From Candidatus Hadarchaeota archaeon (GTDB lineage: Archaea > Hadarchaeota > Hadarchaeia > Hadarchaeales > JAGGTB01), in contig CAYLJV010000004.1 in NCBI GenBank assembly GCA_964384105.1, positions 1-64,000 on the forward strand: a stretch of 64,000 nt of DNA. Direction: 5' to 3'. How positions within the stretch are numbered: position 1 is the first letter of the stretch; the number at the start of each line of letters is the position of its first letter. Below the pieces are notes generated by a model that had not been told where the DNA came from, did no database searches, and worked only from the letters and a program-made list of their open reading frames with translations. A program made the position numbers and the translations under genes. Positions 19,419 through 29,335 of this stretch are shown one piece after another.

Positions 19419-19511
19419 TGTATAACCTTTAGTTGATGTATAAGGTATATTTTCGCCTAGTTACCTAATTATGTGGGTAATTTCAGTAAGATATTGCGAA
19501 ATCTGTGAATT

Positions 19512-19718
19512 TTAAACCTCGCCTAGGCCGAGTTTTATTTTTTGAGGATTTTCAATAGATGGTTCAGTTTCATAGCTTGGTAGTTTCTGTAAATTTTTGC
19601 TGATTGCCTTTTTTTGACCTTCTCTTTTTTTCTTTTTTAGCTCGTAGTGGTGTTCACACCACCACTTCTTTTCGGTGAAGATAGTTGCAACTTCACCACA
19701 GATCCAACATTTAGGCAA
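19512..19718 (-). CDS. Small zinc-finger protein
   Basis: CWICG...WCEHH; GAGG RBS-like site upstream. Confidence 0.55.
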   Translation of the reverse strand: MPKCWICGEVATIFTEKKWWCEHHYELKKKKREGQKKAISKNLQKLPSYETEPSIENPQKIKLGLGEV

Positions 19719-19865
19719 AGTCTTACGCCTCGGTCCAGCCAGAAGGCAATATGCTAGGTCTCCAGTAAAAATATTAGCTTTTGCCAGAATTGCTTTGCCT
19801 TAGATTTATAACGAATAATTTTAATTTTAGTAAGAGTTATTCAATACCAATCAACTATTTACACT

Positions 19866-20330
19866 TTGATATCGACATCAAACGGGGTTGATATTTTGAC
19901 TAAGATGGTGGATATTAGCGGTAAGGAGCATGTTGATAGGCGGGCTAAGGCTTCCGGGTTTATTAAACTTCAGAGTGATACAGTTCGTAGGGTCGAGGAG
20001 GGGGAGATTCCGAAGGGTGATGTGCTAAGTGTGGCTCAGACTGCGGGTGTAATGGCTGTTAAAAATACTCCGGAGATAGTGCCATTGACGCATCCGATTC
20101 CTATCACGAAGGTCGACGTATATTTTGATTTAAAAGATGAAGGAATAGAAGCAGAGGTTGAAGTGAAAAGTAGAGGTCAAACAGGGGTCGAAATGGAGGC
20201 TTTAACAGGCGTTTCAGCCGTTTTGCTGACTATTTGGGATATGGTTAAGGGTTTCGAGAAGGATGAAGCTGGTCAGTACCCAGATACGGAAATAAAGAAC
20301 ATAAGAGTTTTGGAGAAGATTAAGAAATGA
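19866..20330 (+). CDS. moaC: Cyclic pyranopterin monophosphate synthase
   Basis: MVDISGK, KGDVL, PLTHP, TGVEMEAL, IWDMVK. Confidence 0.95.
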   Translation: MISTSNGVDILTKMVDISGKEHVDRRAKASGFIKLQSDTVRRVEEGEIPKGDVLSVAQTAGVMAVKNTPEIVPLTHPIPITKVDVYFDLKDEGIEAEVEVKSRGQTGVEMEALTGVSAVLLTIWDMVKGFEKDEAGQYPDTEIKNIRVLEKIKK

Positions 20331-20842
20331 CTTCAAATAAGCATAGGGAAGAGGCTCCTGAAAGCCTTCATGTTGGCGTTATCACAGTTAGTGATACCAG
20401 AGCTGCTGCGATGAAGGAAGGTCGTGATGAGGACAAATCGGGGAAGATAATTCAAAGTAAGCTTGAAGAGGTAGGATTTACATCTGACAGGGCTATAGTC
20501 CCCGATGAGATGGATGAAATAGAAGAGAGAGTAAAAGGTTTTATAGAGAACCCCAAAGTTGACGCTGTTATCACTACAGGTGGTACGGGGATAACCTCTC
20601 GAGATATAACAGTGGATGTAATCAGACCTCTGTTAGAGATAGAATTGCCAGGTTTCGGCGAGTCTTTGAGGAGATTGGGATACGAAAAGGTTGGTGGACC
20701 TGGAATTATTACCCGAGCCACGGCTGGATTGATAGAAAGAAAACCTGTTTTTTGCCTACCCGGAGCTCCAAATGCAGTCGACGTTGGGATGGATCTTATC
20801 CTGCCTGATTTAGCGCACATAGTTAAGCACGCTCGTGAGTAA
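20327..20842 (+). CDS. moaB: Molybdopterin adenylyltransferase (MoaB/MogA)
   Basis: ITVSD, TTGGTG..RD.T, LPGFGE, LPG.P. Confidence 0.93.
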   Translation: MTSNKHREEAPESLHVGVITVSDTRAAAMKEGRDEDKSGKIIQSKLEEVGFTSDRAIVPDEMDEIEERVKGFIENPKVDAVITTGGTGITSRDITVDVIRPLLEIELPGFGESLRRLGYEKVGGPGIITRATAGLIERKPVFCLPGAPNAVDVGMDLILPDLAHIVKHARE

Positions 20843-22082
20843 GATGGAAGTTAAGAGGCACGGCTTTTCGGAGTACACCAGGTTTGAGGAAGCACTTGAG
20901 GAGATTTTTTCTAGAATAAAACAAGTTCCTGATGACAAAGTATCTTTTTCTTCATCTTGCGGGAGAGTCCTTTCTGAGGATATAGAGTCAGGGGTAAATG
21001 TTCCTCCATTTGATCGTTCTGCTATGGACGGTTTTGCTGTTAGGGCGGAGGACACGTTTGGTGCTGACGAGAACGATCCTAAGAAGTTGGATTTAATCGG
21101 TTCTGTGGGAATAGGTTCAAAAACTGATTTGAAAGTGAGTAGTGGTGAAGCGGTTGAGATTGCTACAGGCGCCTCAATACCTATCGGCGCAGATGCTGTT
21201 GTAATGTTAGAAAAGACAAAATTGGGAGATTCGAACGTGGAGATTTATTCGCCTGTCACTCCGGGAAAAAATGTTTCATCAGAAGGTGAGGATGTCAAGG
21301 AGGGGCAACTGATCCTAGGTTCCGGTCATAGAATTCGGCCTTGGGATGTTGGGATGCTTGCTTCGACGGGCAATCTAGAAGTGGAAGTGAAAGTGAAACC
21401 AAAAGTAGCACTTGCTTCAACTGGTGGAGAGCTTAGAGAACCGGGTGAGAAGCTTGATTTGGGAGAAATAACAGAATCAAATACTTATTCATTGGGTGCG
21501 GCTGTGGAGGCTAATGGTGGCGAGTTTGTTCGCCTTGGGATCGTACCCGATCGGGTGGAAAAAATTAAAGAAGTATTGGATCAGATTTCAGATTTTAATT
21601 TATTTTTGTTTACCGGCGGTACCTCTGTTGGCGAAAAGGATCTCGTTCCAGATGTGATATCAGAGATGGGGGAATTGATTTTTCATGGGGTTAATGTTCG
21701 TCCGGGTGGGCCTATTGCTTTTGGGATGGTGAAAGAAACTCCTGTTTTTTCTTTGCCCGGTTTTCCGGCTGCGGCTGTGATAGATTTTGAGGTTTTTGTG
21801 AGACCCGCTATGCGTGCCATGCTCGGGTTATCTAAGAGTGACTTCAGGCCGAGGATAAAGGGTAAACTGGTAAGAAAAATCAGGTCTACTTTGGGTAGAG
21901 TGGATGTCTGTAGGGTTAAAGTTTGGAAGGACGAGGGGGAGTATATGGTAGAGCCCATTAGAGTCACAGGTTCGAGTATTCTTAGGACTATGACTGAAGC
22001 TGATGGAATCGTGATGGTTCCGAGAGAAAGCGAAGGATTTTCTGAGAATGTACCGGTAGATGTAGAACTATTCGATTATTAG
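20835..22082 (+). CDS. moeA: Molybdopterin metal-insertase MoeA (copy 1)
   Basis: PPFDRSAMDGFA, GGTSVG..D, LPGFP. Confidence 0.94.
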   Translation: MSKMEVKRHGFSEYTRFEEALEEIFSRIKQVPDDKVSFSSSCGRVLSEDIESGVNVPPFDRSAMDGFAVRAEDTFGADENDPKKLDLIGSVGIGSKTDLKVSSGEAVEIATGASIPIGADAVVMLEKTKLGDSNVEIYSPVTPGKNVSSEGEDVKEGQLILGSGHRIRPWDVGMLASTGNLEVEVKVKPKVALASTGGELREPGEKLDLGEITESNTYSLGAAVEANGGEFVRLGIVPDRVEKIKEVLDQISDFNLFLFTGGTSVGEKDLVPDVISEMGELIFHGVNVRPGGPIAFGMVKETPVFSLPGFPAAAVIDFEVFVRPAMRAMLGLSKSDFRPRIKGKLVRKIRSTLGRVDVCRVKVWKDEGEYMVEPIRVTGSSILRTMTEADGIVMVPRESEGFSENVPVDVELFDY

Positions 22083-22141
22083 AACTTATCGAACTCACTT
22101 AATTGTCCGATATCTTTAATTCTTATTGGCTATAGGGAAGG

Positions 22142-23401
22142 TTGGCTGGTCCAATGCATGAACCTCTGGATGTAAAAACATTAGAAGAAGCTAAGTCTGA
22201 GTTCTCCAATTATTGGACACCGGCGAGAAAAGTGGAAAGAATTTCCCTTTTTGAAGCTGGAGGTAGAATACTCGCTACTGATGTGAAATCTAAGGTTGAT
22301 TTGCCTCCTTTTACTCGTTCTGTTTATGATGGTTTTGCTGTTAGGGCGGAGGATACGTTTGGTGCTGGAGAGGAGAACCCAGTGACACTCCAAAATATTG
22401 GAAGGGTTCTAGCAGGGCAGGTTTTTAAGAAAAAAGTGGAGGAAGCCGAATGTGTGGAGATATCGACCGGAGCACCACTTCCAGAAGGTGCGAATTCGGT
22501 GGTCATGGTAGAGGATATAACTACTTCGGGTGAGGGGAAAATCGAAGTTAGGAGGGCCGTTTCTCCGGGAGAGAACGTATCTCAAAGTGGTTCTGAATTA
22601 AAAAAAGGAGAAAAGGTGGCTAGTAAAGGTCAAAGACTAACTCCACAGCTTCATGGAGCACTCTTTGCTTGTGGTATTGAGGAGTTGGAAGTTTTCGCAA
22701 GGCCGAAAGTTGGGATTATTTCCTCAGGAGAGGAATTAGTTGAAGTGGGTTCAGAAATCGAGCTTGGCCAGATATACGATGTTAATGGCCCGGCCATATC
22801 TGATGCGGTTAGGAACTGTGGTGGGGATCCTGAGTACTTTGGGATTGTAAAGGATGATTTTGAAATGATTGAAGAAAGAATAAAGGCGGCTTTGGAAAAA
22901 TGCGATCTGGTAATCACCTCTGGTGGTTCCTCTGCGGGAGCTAGTGATATAGTACCGGAGGTTATCGACAGTTTGGGGGAGCCGGGTGTTATCGTACATG
23001 GCCTTGCACAGAAACCGGGAAAACCTACTATATTGGCTTTAATAGGCGAAAAACCAGTTTTTGGTCTCCCAGGTTATCCAGTCTCGGCCTTGATGGAATT
23101 TGATCAGTTAGTTGCATCATATATAAGAGAATTGGCGGGTGAATCAGAACCTGATTTGATGGAGGTTAAAGCGAAATTAAGTAGGAAGATACTTTCTGCA
23201 AGAGGTAGGAGAGAGTTGGTTCCGGTAAGTCTGGAGAAGAACGAGGAGGAACTTTTTGCCGTTCCTTTAAGAGAAGGATCTGGAGCGATAACTTCTCTCG
23301 CTAGAGCCGATGGGTATACGGTAATATCTATAGAGAGGGAGATAGTCAGTGAGAATGAGCTCGTAATTGTGAATCTATTTGGGGGGTCAGAACTTGGCTA
23401 G
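22142..23401 (+). CDS. moeA: Molybdopterin metal-insertase MoeA (copy 2)
   Basis: PPFTRS.YDGFA, SGGSSAG..D, KPGKP, GLPGYP. Confidence 0.94.
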   Translation: MAGPMHEPLDVKTLEEAKSEFSNYWTPARKVERISLFEAGGRILATDVKSKVDLPPFTRSVYDGFAVRAEDTFGAGEENPVTLQNIGRVLAGQVFKKKVEEAECVEISTGAPLPEGANSVVMVEDITTSGEGKIEVRRAVSPGENVSQSGSELKKGEKVASKGQRLTPQLHGALFACGIEELEVFARPKVGIISSGEELVEVGSEIELGQIYDVNGPAISDAVRNCGGDPEYFGIVKDDFEMIEERIKAALEKCDLVITSGGSSAGASDIVPEVIDSLGEPGVIVHGLAQKPGKPTILALIGEKPVFGLPGYPVSALMEFDQLVASYIRELAGESEPDLMEVKAKLSRKILSARGRRELVPVSLEKNEEELFAVPLREGSGAITSLARADGYTVISIEREIVSENELVIVNLFGGSELG

Positions 23402-24122
23402 ATTAGTAACAATTTCCGGTTTCAAGAAAAGTGGCAAAACTACGGTAGTTGAAAACGTAGTGAGAGAATTGAAAGAGAGGGGATATAGAGTTGGAACGAT
23501 AAAACACGTCCCGAATGAAGATTTTTCGCTTGATAAGTCCAAAACAGATACTTGGAGACATGCGAATGCAGGAAGTGATCGGGTAGTAGCATTGGGTCCT
23601 AGTGAGTTGATGGTGTTAGATAAGAAGGAAGCCGATTTAGAAAGTGTACTTTTCAAAATGAACGAGTTGGATTTCGTGGTTTTGGAGGGATTTAAAAAAC
23701 TTGAAAATGTAGCTAGAATCATAGTTGTTCGGAACGAAAGTGACATTCTTGAGTTAAAAGATGAGTTCACGATTGGTGTGGTTGGGGATATTTCTGAGTC
23801 CGATTTTAGTTTTGAGGACTCTGCAGGTTTAGTCGATTTGATTGAAGAGAGATCAGTTATGTTTACCGGGGGATTAGACTGCGGTCATTGTGGTTTTGAG
23901 ACTTGTAGAGATTATGTTATTTCAGCGATAAATGGTGGTGCTTCTGTTGAAGGTTGTGTGGCTATGAAGGGAACCGTTTCCCTTTTTATTGATGGTAAGA
24001 AAGTTCCATTAAAGCCGTTTGTTCAGAATTTGATAGGTAAAACGGTTTCAGGAATCGTATCTGCTTTGAAGAAAAGCGATGGAAGGAGGATTGAGATACA
24101 TGTCGAAAAAGACGAAGGATAG
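23379..24122 (+). CDS. mobB: Molybdopterin-guanine dinucleotide biosynthesis protein B with Fe-S domain
   Basis: SGKTT, IKH, DT.RH, LEGFK, LDCGHCGFETC. Confidence 0.9.
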   Translation: MGGQNLARLVTISGFKKSGKTTVVENVVRELKERGYRVGTIKHVPNEDFSLDKSKTDTWRHANAGSDRVVALGPSELMVLDKKEADLESVLFKMNELDFVVLEGFKKLENVARIIVVRNESDILELKDEFTIGVVGDISESDFSFEDSAGLVDLIEERSVMFTGGLDCGHCGFETCRDYVISAINGGASVEGCVAMKGTVSLFIDGKKVPLKPFVQNLIGKTVSGIVSALKKSDGRRIEIHVEKDEG

Positions 24123-25026
24123 CTATGGGAGACCCCTGACCAGTCTTAGAATCTCGGTTACTCAAGCTTGCAATCAAAATTGTTTTTATTGTCATAGGGA
24201 AGGCTGTGTGGAAGAAGAACGTGAGATGAGCCAGGAGGAAATTGGCAAACTCGTGGAGATAGCTGCAGAGTTCGGAATTGAAAAAATAAAGATAACCGGA
24301 GGAGAGCCTCTGGTTAGAGATGATATAGAGGAGATCGTTTCGGAAGTTTCTCTTCCTTCCATAATAGACGTGTCTATTACGACAAATGGGGTCAAACTGG
24401 CTGAGAAGATTGATGGTTTAGTCGAAGCAGGTTTGGACCGGGTGAATATTAGCCTTGATACACTTGATCCTGAGGTTTACGAGAGAATCACGGGAACACC
24501 CAATTTAGACTTGGTATTAGAGGGTATAGATTCCGCAATTGAGGCGGGACTCCATCCAGTGAAGTTGAATACTATTGTTATCGATGGAGTTAACGACGAT
24601 GAAATCGATGAGTTAATCGATTATTCTACTAAAAAAGGGACTATATTGCAGTTGATAGAACTAGAGCGGGTATTGCCCGAGAATGGAGAGATCTATGAAA
24701 GATACCATTCTAGCCTGGATCCTATAGAGAAGAAGATTAGGGATAGAGCCTCCAAGGTTGATACGAGATGGATGATGCAGGCAAGGCGGAAGTATATGGT
24801 TGATGGAGGGGAAGTAGAAGTTGTTAATCCTATGCATAATTCAGAGTTCTGTGCCCATTGTACTAGATTGAGGATGTCTGCGGGTGGATTTTTAAAACCG
24901 TGTCTTATGAAGAATGATAATTTGGTAGATGCACTTACTCCTGTGAGGAATGACGATGAAGAAGGGGTTAGAGAGGCCTACAGAATTGCGATAGGTCGTA
25001 GAAAACCTTATTTCTCCGATGATTGA
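24079..25026 (+). CDS. moaA: GTP 3',8-cyclase
   Basis: CxxxCxxC radical SAM motif, GGEP, FCAHCTRLR...KPCL; start probably 24100. Confidence 0.95.
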   Translation: MEGGLRYMSKKTKDSYGRPLTSLRISVTQACNQNCFYCHREGCVEEEREMSQEEIGKLVEIAAEFGIEKIKITGGEPLVRDDIEEIVSEVSLPSIIDVSITTNGVKLAEKIDGLVEAGLDRVNISLDTLDPEVYERITGTPNLDLVLEGIDSAIEAGLHPVKLNTIVIDGVNDDEIDELIDYSTKKGTILQLIELERVLPENGEIYERYHSSLDPIEKKIRDRASKVDTRWMMQARRKYMVDGGEVEVVNPMHNSEFCAHCTRLRMSAGGFLKPCLMKNDNLVDALTPVRNDDEEGVREAYRIAIGRRKPYFSDD

Positions 25027-25095
25027 GCATTTGAGAAAATAAACATACATTTTTAATTATCAGAACGCCCAGAGTATTATTCGAGGTGAGGGCAA

Positions 25096-25518
25096 GTGTC
25101 AGAGTATGAATATCCCTTGCCAGTCACTAGGGGTAAATATTTGACTGAAGTGGGGGGCCATAGTGATTCTTTAAAAGGGAATCAGATTGGTTTACATATA
25201 GAAGCTATTAAGCGGAATACGCGACTTTCTGTGGGCGATAAGATAATTGTTGATTCCCTTCAAAGCGGGACAAAAAGAGGATATTCTTCTTCGAAACCGA
25301 TTTTTACTAAGAAGACGTTTTTCGTCAAATCAATTGAAAGTTATTGGGACGAAAGGACCGTGTCTATGTCCCGGGAAGGGAGAGCAGTTCTGCCTTTAGA
25401 TATTGAATGTGATTTGAGAGAGGGTGACGAGATCGTTTTGAATTCGGCTATTAATCTAATCCCGAGTGGATGGTTAACTCGCTTTATTAAAAGAAGGGTG
25501 GAAGATACTAATTTCTAG
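25096..25518 (+). CDS. Hypothetical protein (possible beta-barrel, EF-Tu domain II-like)
   Basis: GAGGTGA RBS; LSVGDKI and LREGDEI motifs. Confidence 0.55.
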   Translation: MSEYEYPLPVTRGKYLTEVGGHSDSLKGNQIGLHIEAIKRNTRLSVGDKIIVDSLQSGTKRGYSSSKPIFTKKTFFVKSIESYWDERTVSMSREGRAVLPLDIECDLREGDEIVLNSAINLIPSGWLTRFIKRRVEDTNF

Positions 25519-25524
25519 AAATTC

Positions 25525-26748
25525 CTAAAAATTCTTTAAATATTCAACTTCTTCCTCTTCTAATTCTAATTCTTTTATTATATTTTCGGCAGACAAAGAA
25601 TTTTCTTTAAAAATAGTATTTAAATAGGGTAAGAAGTCATTTATCGCTCTATTACTGGATACGTGATATTCTTTTGAAATCTTATTCGCTATATTATCTC
25701 TAATATTTCTTTTCTTCTTGCTTCGACCATACGTTTTTCTATAACTTGGATAAGAATATCTTCCTTTACCTGGAGTTCCTTTACGAGACAGAGCTATGCC
25801 TGCACTCATTAAGTCTGAAGCATATTTCCATAGGCTATAGTTTTGGCTTCGTCTTACGCGCCCTAGGAAAATATCTGCTCTGGAGAGCTTTTCGTAAGCG
25901 TCGGCTATATCCGGAATATTGCTCATTATTTTTGGGATATTTTCATCTATCCAATCTATTGCTTCCTCGGGTGTTTGATCGAGGTCCCATAATGTCTCCC
26001 GTGCTTCATTCACGTTTCTAGTTTTCTTCAGCTTGCTCAAAGCATCAAAAATGCCGATTTCCCGATTTCTTTCTTGGACCGTAATGTCCTCCTCCCGGAT
26101 TTTCTTTTTTCCTCGAGCGATGGCCTGAAAATCTGTTATCGCTGATCTAAGATCACCGTTAGACATTTCTGCGAATTTTTTGAGCGTGGCTTTGTCAATT
26201 TCTATATCTTCTCTTTCAGCAATTTTGTTTAGAATCTTAGCAATGGAGCTTTCTCTCAGCTTTCGGAAATTTATTTTTTCGCATTTTCTTTGAATATTTC
26301 TTGGAATATCATATTGGTCGTTCCCAATCAGGATAATGGGATTTTGTGTTTCGTTTAAGAGCTTGGATATAGCGCCTTGGCCGCCCCTATCGGCTTGCCC
26401 GTGAACATTGTCAGCTTCATCGAGTACTATTAGCCTTTTTGAGTTCTTTCCTGTCAGTGTTCCCATACCGGCTGCGGATCCGGCTATCCTCTCAATTTCT
26501 TTCTTAGTTCTTTGATCAGAGGCGTTTAGCTCAATGAAGTCCCACTTCATTTCCTTGGCGAGAGCTGCGGCAGTCGCAGTCTTTCCAACGCCTGGCGGTC
26601 CATAGAACAGTAAAGCCGGTTTTTTTGGTCTACCTGTTTTCCACTGATCGGCCCATTTTCTTATCTCTTTTATCGCACGTCCTTGAGCTTTTACATCTTC
26701 AAGATTTTTTGGATTGTATTTGTCTGTCCAAGACTCTTTATCGTTCAT
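25525..26748 (-). CDS. rfcL: Replication factor C large subunit
   Basis: WTDKYNP, GPPGVGKT, ELNASDQR, LDEAD, WIDENIP. Confidence 0.95.
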   Translation of the reverse strand: MNDKESWTDKYNPKNLEDVKAQGRAIKEIRKWADQWKTGRPKKPALLFYGPPGVGKTATAAALAKEMKWDFIELNASDQRTKKEIERIAGSAAGMGTLTGKNSKRLIVLDEADNVHGQADRGGQGAISKLLNETQNPIILIGNDQYDIPRNIQRKCEKINFRKLRESSIAKILNKIAEREDIEIDKATLKKFAEMSNGDLRSAITDFQAIARGKKKIREEDITVQERNREIGIFDALSKLKKTRNVNEARETLWDLDQTPEEAIDWIDENIPKIMSNIPDIADAYEKLSRADIFLGRVRRSQNYSLWKYASDLMSAGIALSRKGTPGKGRYSYPSYRKTYGRSKKKRNIRDNIANKISKEYHVSSNRAINDFLPYLNTIFKENSLSAENIIKELELEEEEVEYLKNF

Positions 26749-26849
26749 GTTGTATCAATAATCGAATTGTTGCTTTAACAGTTTATATGATGTTGATGTT
26801 TTTGGAATAATAATTAGTGAGTAGTTTATAATGTATACTCGGGTTTGAG

Positions 26850-27383
26850 ATGAATCAAAAGAGAATAAGTAAGCAGATATCTTATTTACTCCGCCATAAT
26901 CCGAGAGAGATGAACATATCCAAAGAAGGTTTTGTGGATATGAATGAGTTGATTAGTCTTTTGGAAAGACGATGGTCAAATTTAGATAAAGAGGATATCG
27001 TAGAGATCGTAAAAAATGATCCTAACGGACGATATGAAATAGAAAATGGTATGATTAGAGCCAGATACGGCCATTCGATAGACGTGTGCCCTACTCTTTT
27101 CAAAGCGTCGGTAAAGAAACTTTATCATGGGACTACATCTGAATTTGCCGAGAAAATAACGACCGAGGGATTGAAGCCGAAAGGCAGGAAAAAGGTTCAC
27201 CTTTCCAAAGATATTAGAGATGCAGTAGATGTAGGTAAACGCAGGACCGATAATCCTGTTGTCTTAGAGATAGATGCTGCAGAGGCCAGGTGTGAAGGTA
27301 TAGAATTTGAGAAGGCCAGCGAAAAAGTTTTTGTTGCAGATTATATTCCTCCGAAATTCATTTCTATTAGTAAAAAAGTCTGA
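26850..27383 (+). CDS. kptA: RNA 2'-phosphotransferase
   Basis: SYLLRH, IRARYGHS, LYHGT, VHLS. Confidence 0.93.
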   Translation: MNQKRISKQISYLLRHNPREMNISKEGFVDMNELISLLERRWSNLDKEDIVEIVKNDPNGRYEIENGMIRARYGHSIDVCPTLFKASVKKLYHGTTSEFAEKITTEGLKPKGRKKVHLSKDIRDAVDVGKRRTDNPVVLEIDAAEARCEGIEFEKASEKVFVADYIPPKFISISKKV

Positions 27384-27405
27384 GCAGCGTTGCTTTTCTG
27401 AAGTT

Positions 27406-27819
27406 TCAGCCGAAGATTCCTGAAAGAATTTCTTTTGGGGACTTTCCTTCTAGGCCCTTTTTTATAAAGACTATACAGAAAAGACCTATTAGTATGTCTT
27501 CTATCCATCCCACTCCGATTAGGTAATCCGGAACAAAATCGATGGGAGAGATTATGTAAAGTATTCCTATCGTGGCTAACAGAATGGAGCTATAGTTCGT
27601 GTTTTTTTCTAAAGTTATTTTGTGATGTGAATTTAGCCTAACGTGATTTTCGAATTTTACGATTGCTTCTTCTTTGGTTGGTTTCAATCCGCTAGTCCAA
27701 CCACATTCGCACTTTGCAGTGAAACCCTTTTCGTGGTTTTCTATTTGAGCTTTCGAATTCTCAAACTTATGTACATTCATATGATTGCTCCTTGTTTTCC
27801 ATTTGAGTTGGATTGGCAT
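27406..27819 (-). CDS. DUF1232 (YkvA) membrane protein with N-terminal zinc finger
   Basis: YIISPIDFVPD..GVGWIED; N-terminal CECGW...H...H. Confidence 0.8.
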   Translation of the reverse strand: MPIQLKWKTRSNHMNVHKFENSKAQIENHEKGFTAKCECGWTSGLKPTKEEAIVKFENHVRLNSHHKITLEKNTNYSSILLATIGILYIISPIDFVPDYLIGVGWIEDILIGLFCIVFIKKGLEGKSPKEILSGIFG

Positions 27820-27845
27820 CTTTGGTAGTAGATTTGCTATTTTGT

Positions 27846-28286
27846 CTATTTGGCTTGTTCGGTTTTTAGGTACTCTTCAATTGCTTCTTTGGATAGTTTG
27901 TCTGCTTCCTGGTTCTCATCTCGGGGGATCCATTTGAATGAAACTTCAGACTCAAGTTTCTCCAATAATTTTCCGATTTCTCTGTAGAGCGGCTTTATCC
28001 TGTTCGATTTTACGGCATATTCTCCCTTCAGCTGTCTTATGAGAAGTTGGCTATCGCTTAACAGTTTTATTTCTTCAGGTTCCAGATTTTCTTTAATCCA
28101 TTTGATAGCTTCTATCGCTGCAGTATATTCTGCAACGTTATTTGTCATACCTTTTCCTTCCCCAATTACTCCTTTGCCTTTGTGGAGAATTTCCCCATTT
28201 TTTTGAATGAGAAAGCCATATGAGGCTACCCCTCCTGGATTTATGGGTTCGCAGGCTCCATCTATGTTGACGATTATTTTTTTCAT
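27846..28286 (-). CDS. rnhA: Ribonuclease HI
   Basis: DGAC.P.NPG, TNNVAEY, DSQL, WIPRDENQEAD. Confidence 0.93.
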   Translation of the reverse strand: MKKIIVNIDGACEPINPGGVASYGFLIQKNGEILHKGKGVIGEGKGMTNNVAEYTAAIEAIKWIKENLEPEEIKLLSDSQLLIRQLKGEYAVKSNRIKPLYREIGKLLEKLESEVSFKWIPRDENQEADKLSKEAIEEYLKTEQAK

Positions 28287-28522
28287 TATACTTCTAGTTG
28301 AGTTATTGGATTTTCTTTTTGATAAACTAGTTGCGCCTTTGGGCAGTTGATAAGTTTTCAGGGAGTCAATTTTCCCGACAATTTTTGTCTGGGTTAGAAA
28401 GAACTTGGGATTTTGGTGTCTTTTGTTTAAAAGATTAACTCAAAATTTGAAAATGTTTAAATAAATTGAAAATATAAATTTAATATGAGAATATCTACTT
28501 CTCAGACAATTTTTGTCGTACA

Positions 28523-28960
28523 TTAGAGTAATCTCTTCAGTTTTCTGTTTCTTTCTCTGCTCCATTTTTTTATCCGTTCCTTTACGTAATCCAGAACCGG
28601 CTTTGTTTCTTTGTCTTCCTCTATTTCCTTGAATCTTCTCGCTAAGGTTCTGGTAGAAATATCGACGGCTTTTGCGAGCTTATTTTTGTTTAGTTTTCTG
28701 TTCTTCATTATTTTAGCAGCGTACCATACTGATGCGGCAGAAAAGCTTTTTCTCTGTGAGTCAGTCAGTCCTTTTCCGAGACCCACAAAAAGTCTGAAAA
28801 TCAAAATTGCTGCATCAGTTAGTTCTTCAGTTAGATCAAACTTACTCTCTAAATCCTTAATAATCCTTTCTCTATACAGCTTTGACCTAACTTCGTCTTT
28901 CTGATCTCCAGTGTCTGATTGATTTTCTTCAGATCTCATATTTTCTCCCTTTCTAAGCAT
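28523..28960 (-). CDS. Single cyclin-fold (TFIIB repeat) protein
   Basis: AASVWYAA...LAKAVDISTRTLARRFKEI resembles the second TFB repeat with its HTH. Confidence 0.7.
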   Translation of the reverse strand: MLRKGENMRSEENQSDTGDQKDEVRSKLYRERIIKDLESKFDLTEELTDAAILIFRLFVGLGKGLTDSQRKSFSAASVWYAAKIMKNRKLNKNKLAKAVDISTRTLARRFKEIEEDKETKPVLDYVKERIKKWSRERNRKLKRLL

Positions 28961-28991
28961 TAATGAGGTCTTATATTCGCTTTGTCCTAAT

Positions 28992-29138
28992 TTATCGAGG
29001 TATTAGTAGTTTGGTTCCTTTTTTACCCTCTTCGATTTTTTTCATTCCTTCCAGTATATGACGTGATTTGGTGTTTTCGTTGTACATCTCGCAACTTTCC
29101 TCGATGTAGTCTCCTCTAAGAAATGGACAAATTCCCAT
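28992..29138 (-). CDS. Putative 48-aa micro-protein (MGICPFLRGD...)
   Basis: GAGGG RBS-like site upstream of the ATG; not in ORF track. Confidence 0.35.
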   Translation of the reverse strand: MGICPFLRGDYIEESCEMYNENTKSRHILEGMKKIEEGKKGTKLLIPR

Positions 29139-29335
29139 CCTTTCCCTCGTTAATTATTTTTCCCCTAAAGTTATTGATAATAGTTCTCGAGTTACTAAAA
29201 AATCTCTAAGTCCTTTTCTCTTTTTATTTTTAAAATTGAGATTTTTTGTTAGTGGTCGTTAGATTGACTGTTTTTGTAGACGGGTTCCAAAAACCGTTTT
29301 GACAATAAATAATTCAAGGAATTGCACTAATAGAT

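Noticed and set aside
20835-23401. Tandem moeA duplication sharing GGTTTTGCTGTTAGGGCGGAGGA
   Set aside because: Two MoeA paralogues are the norm in archaea; the identity reflects a conserved motif
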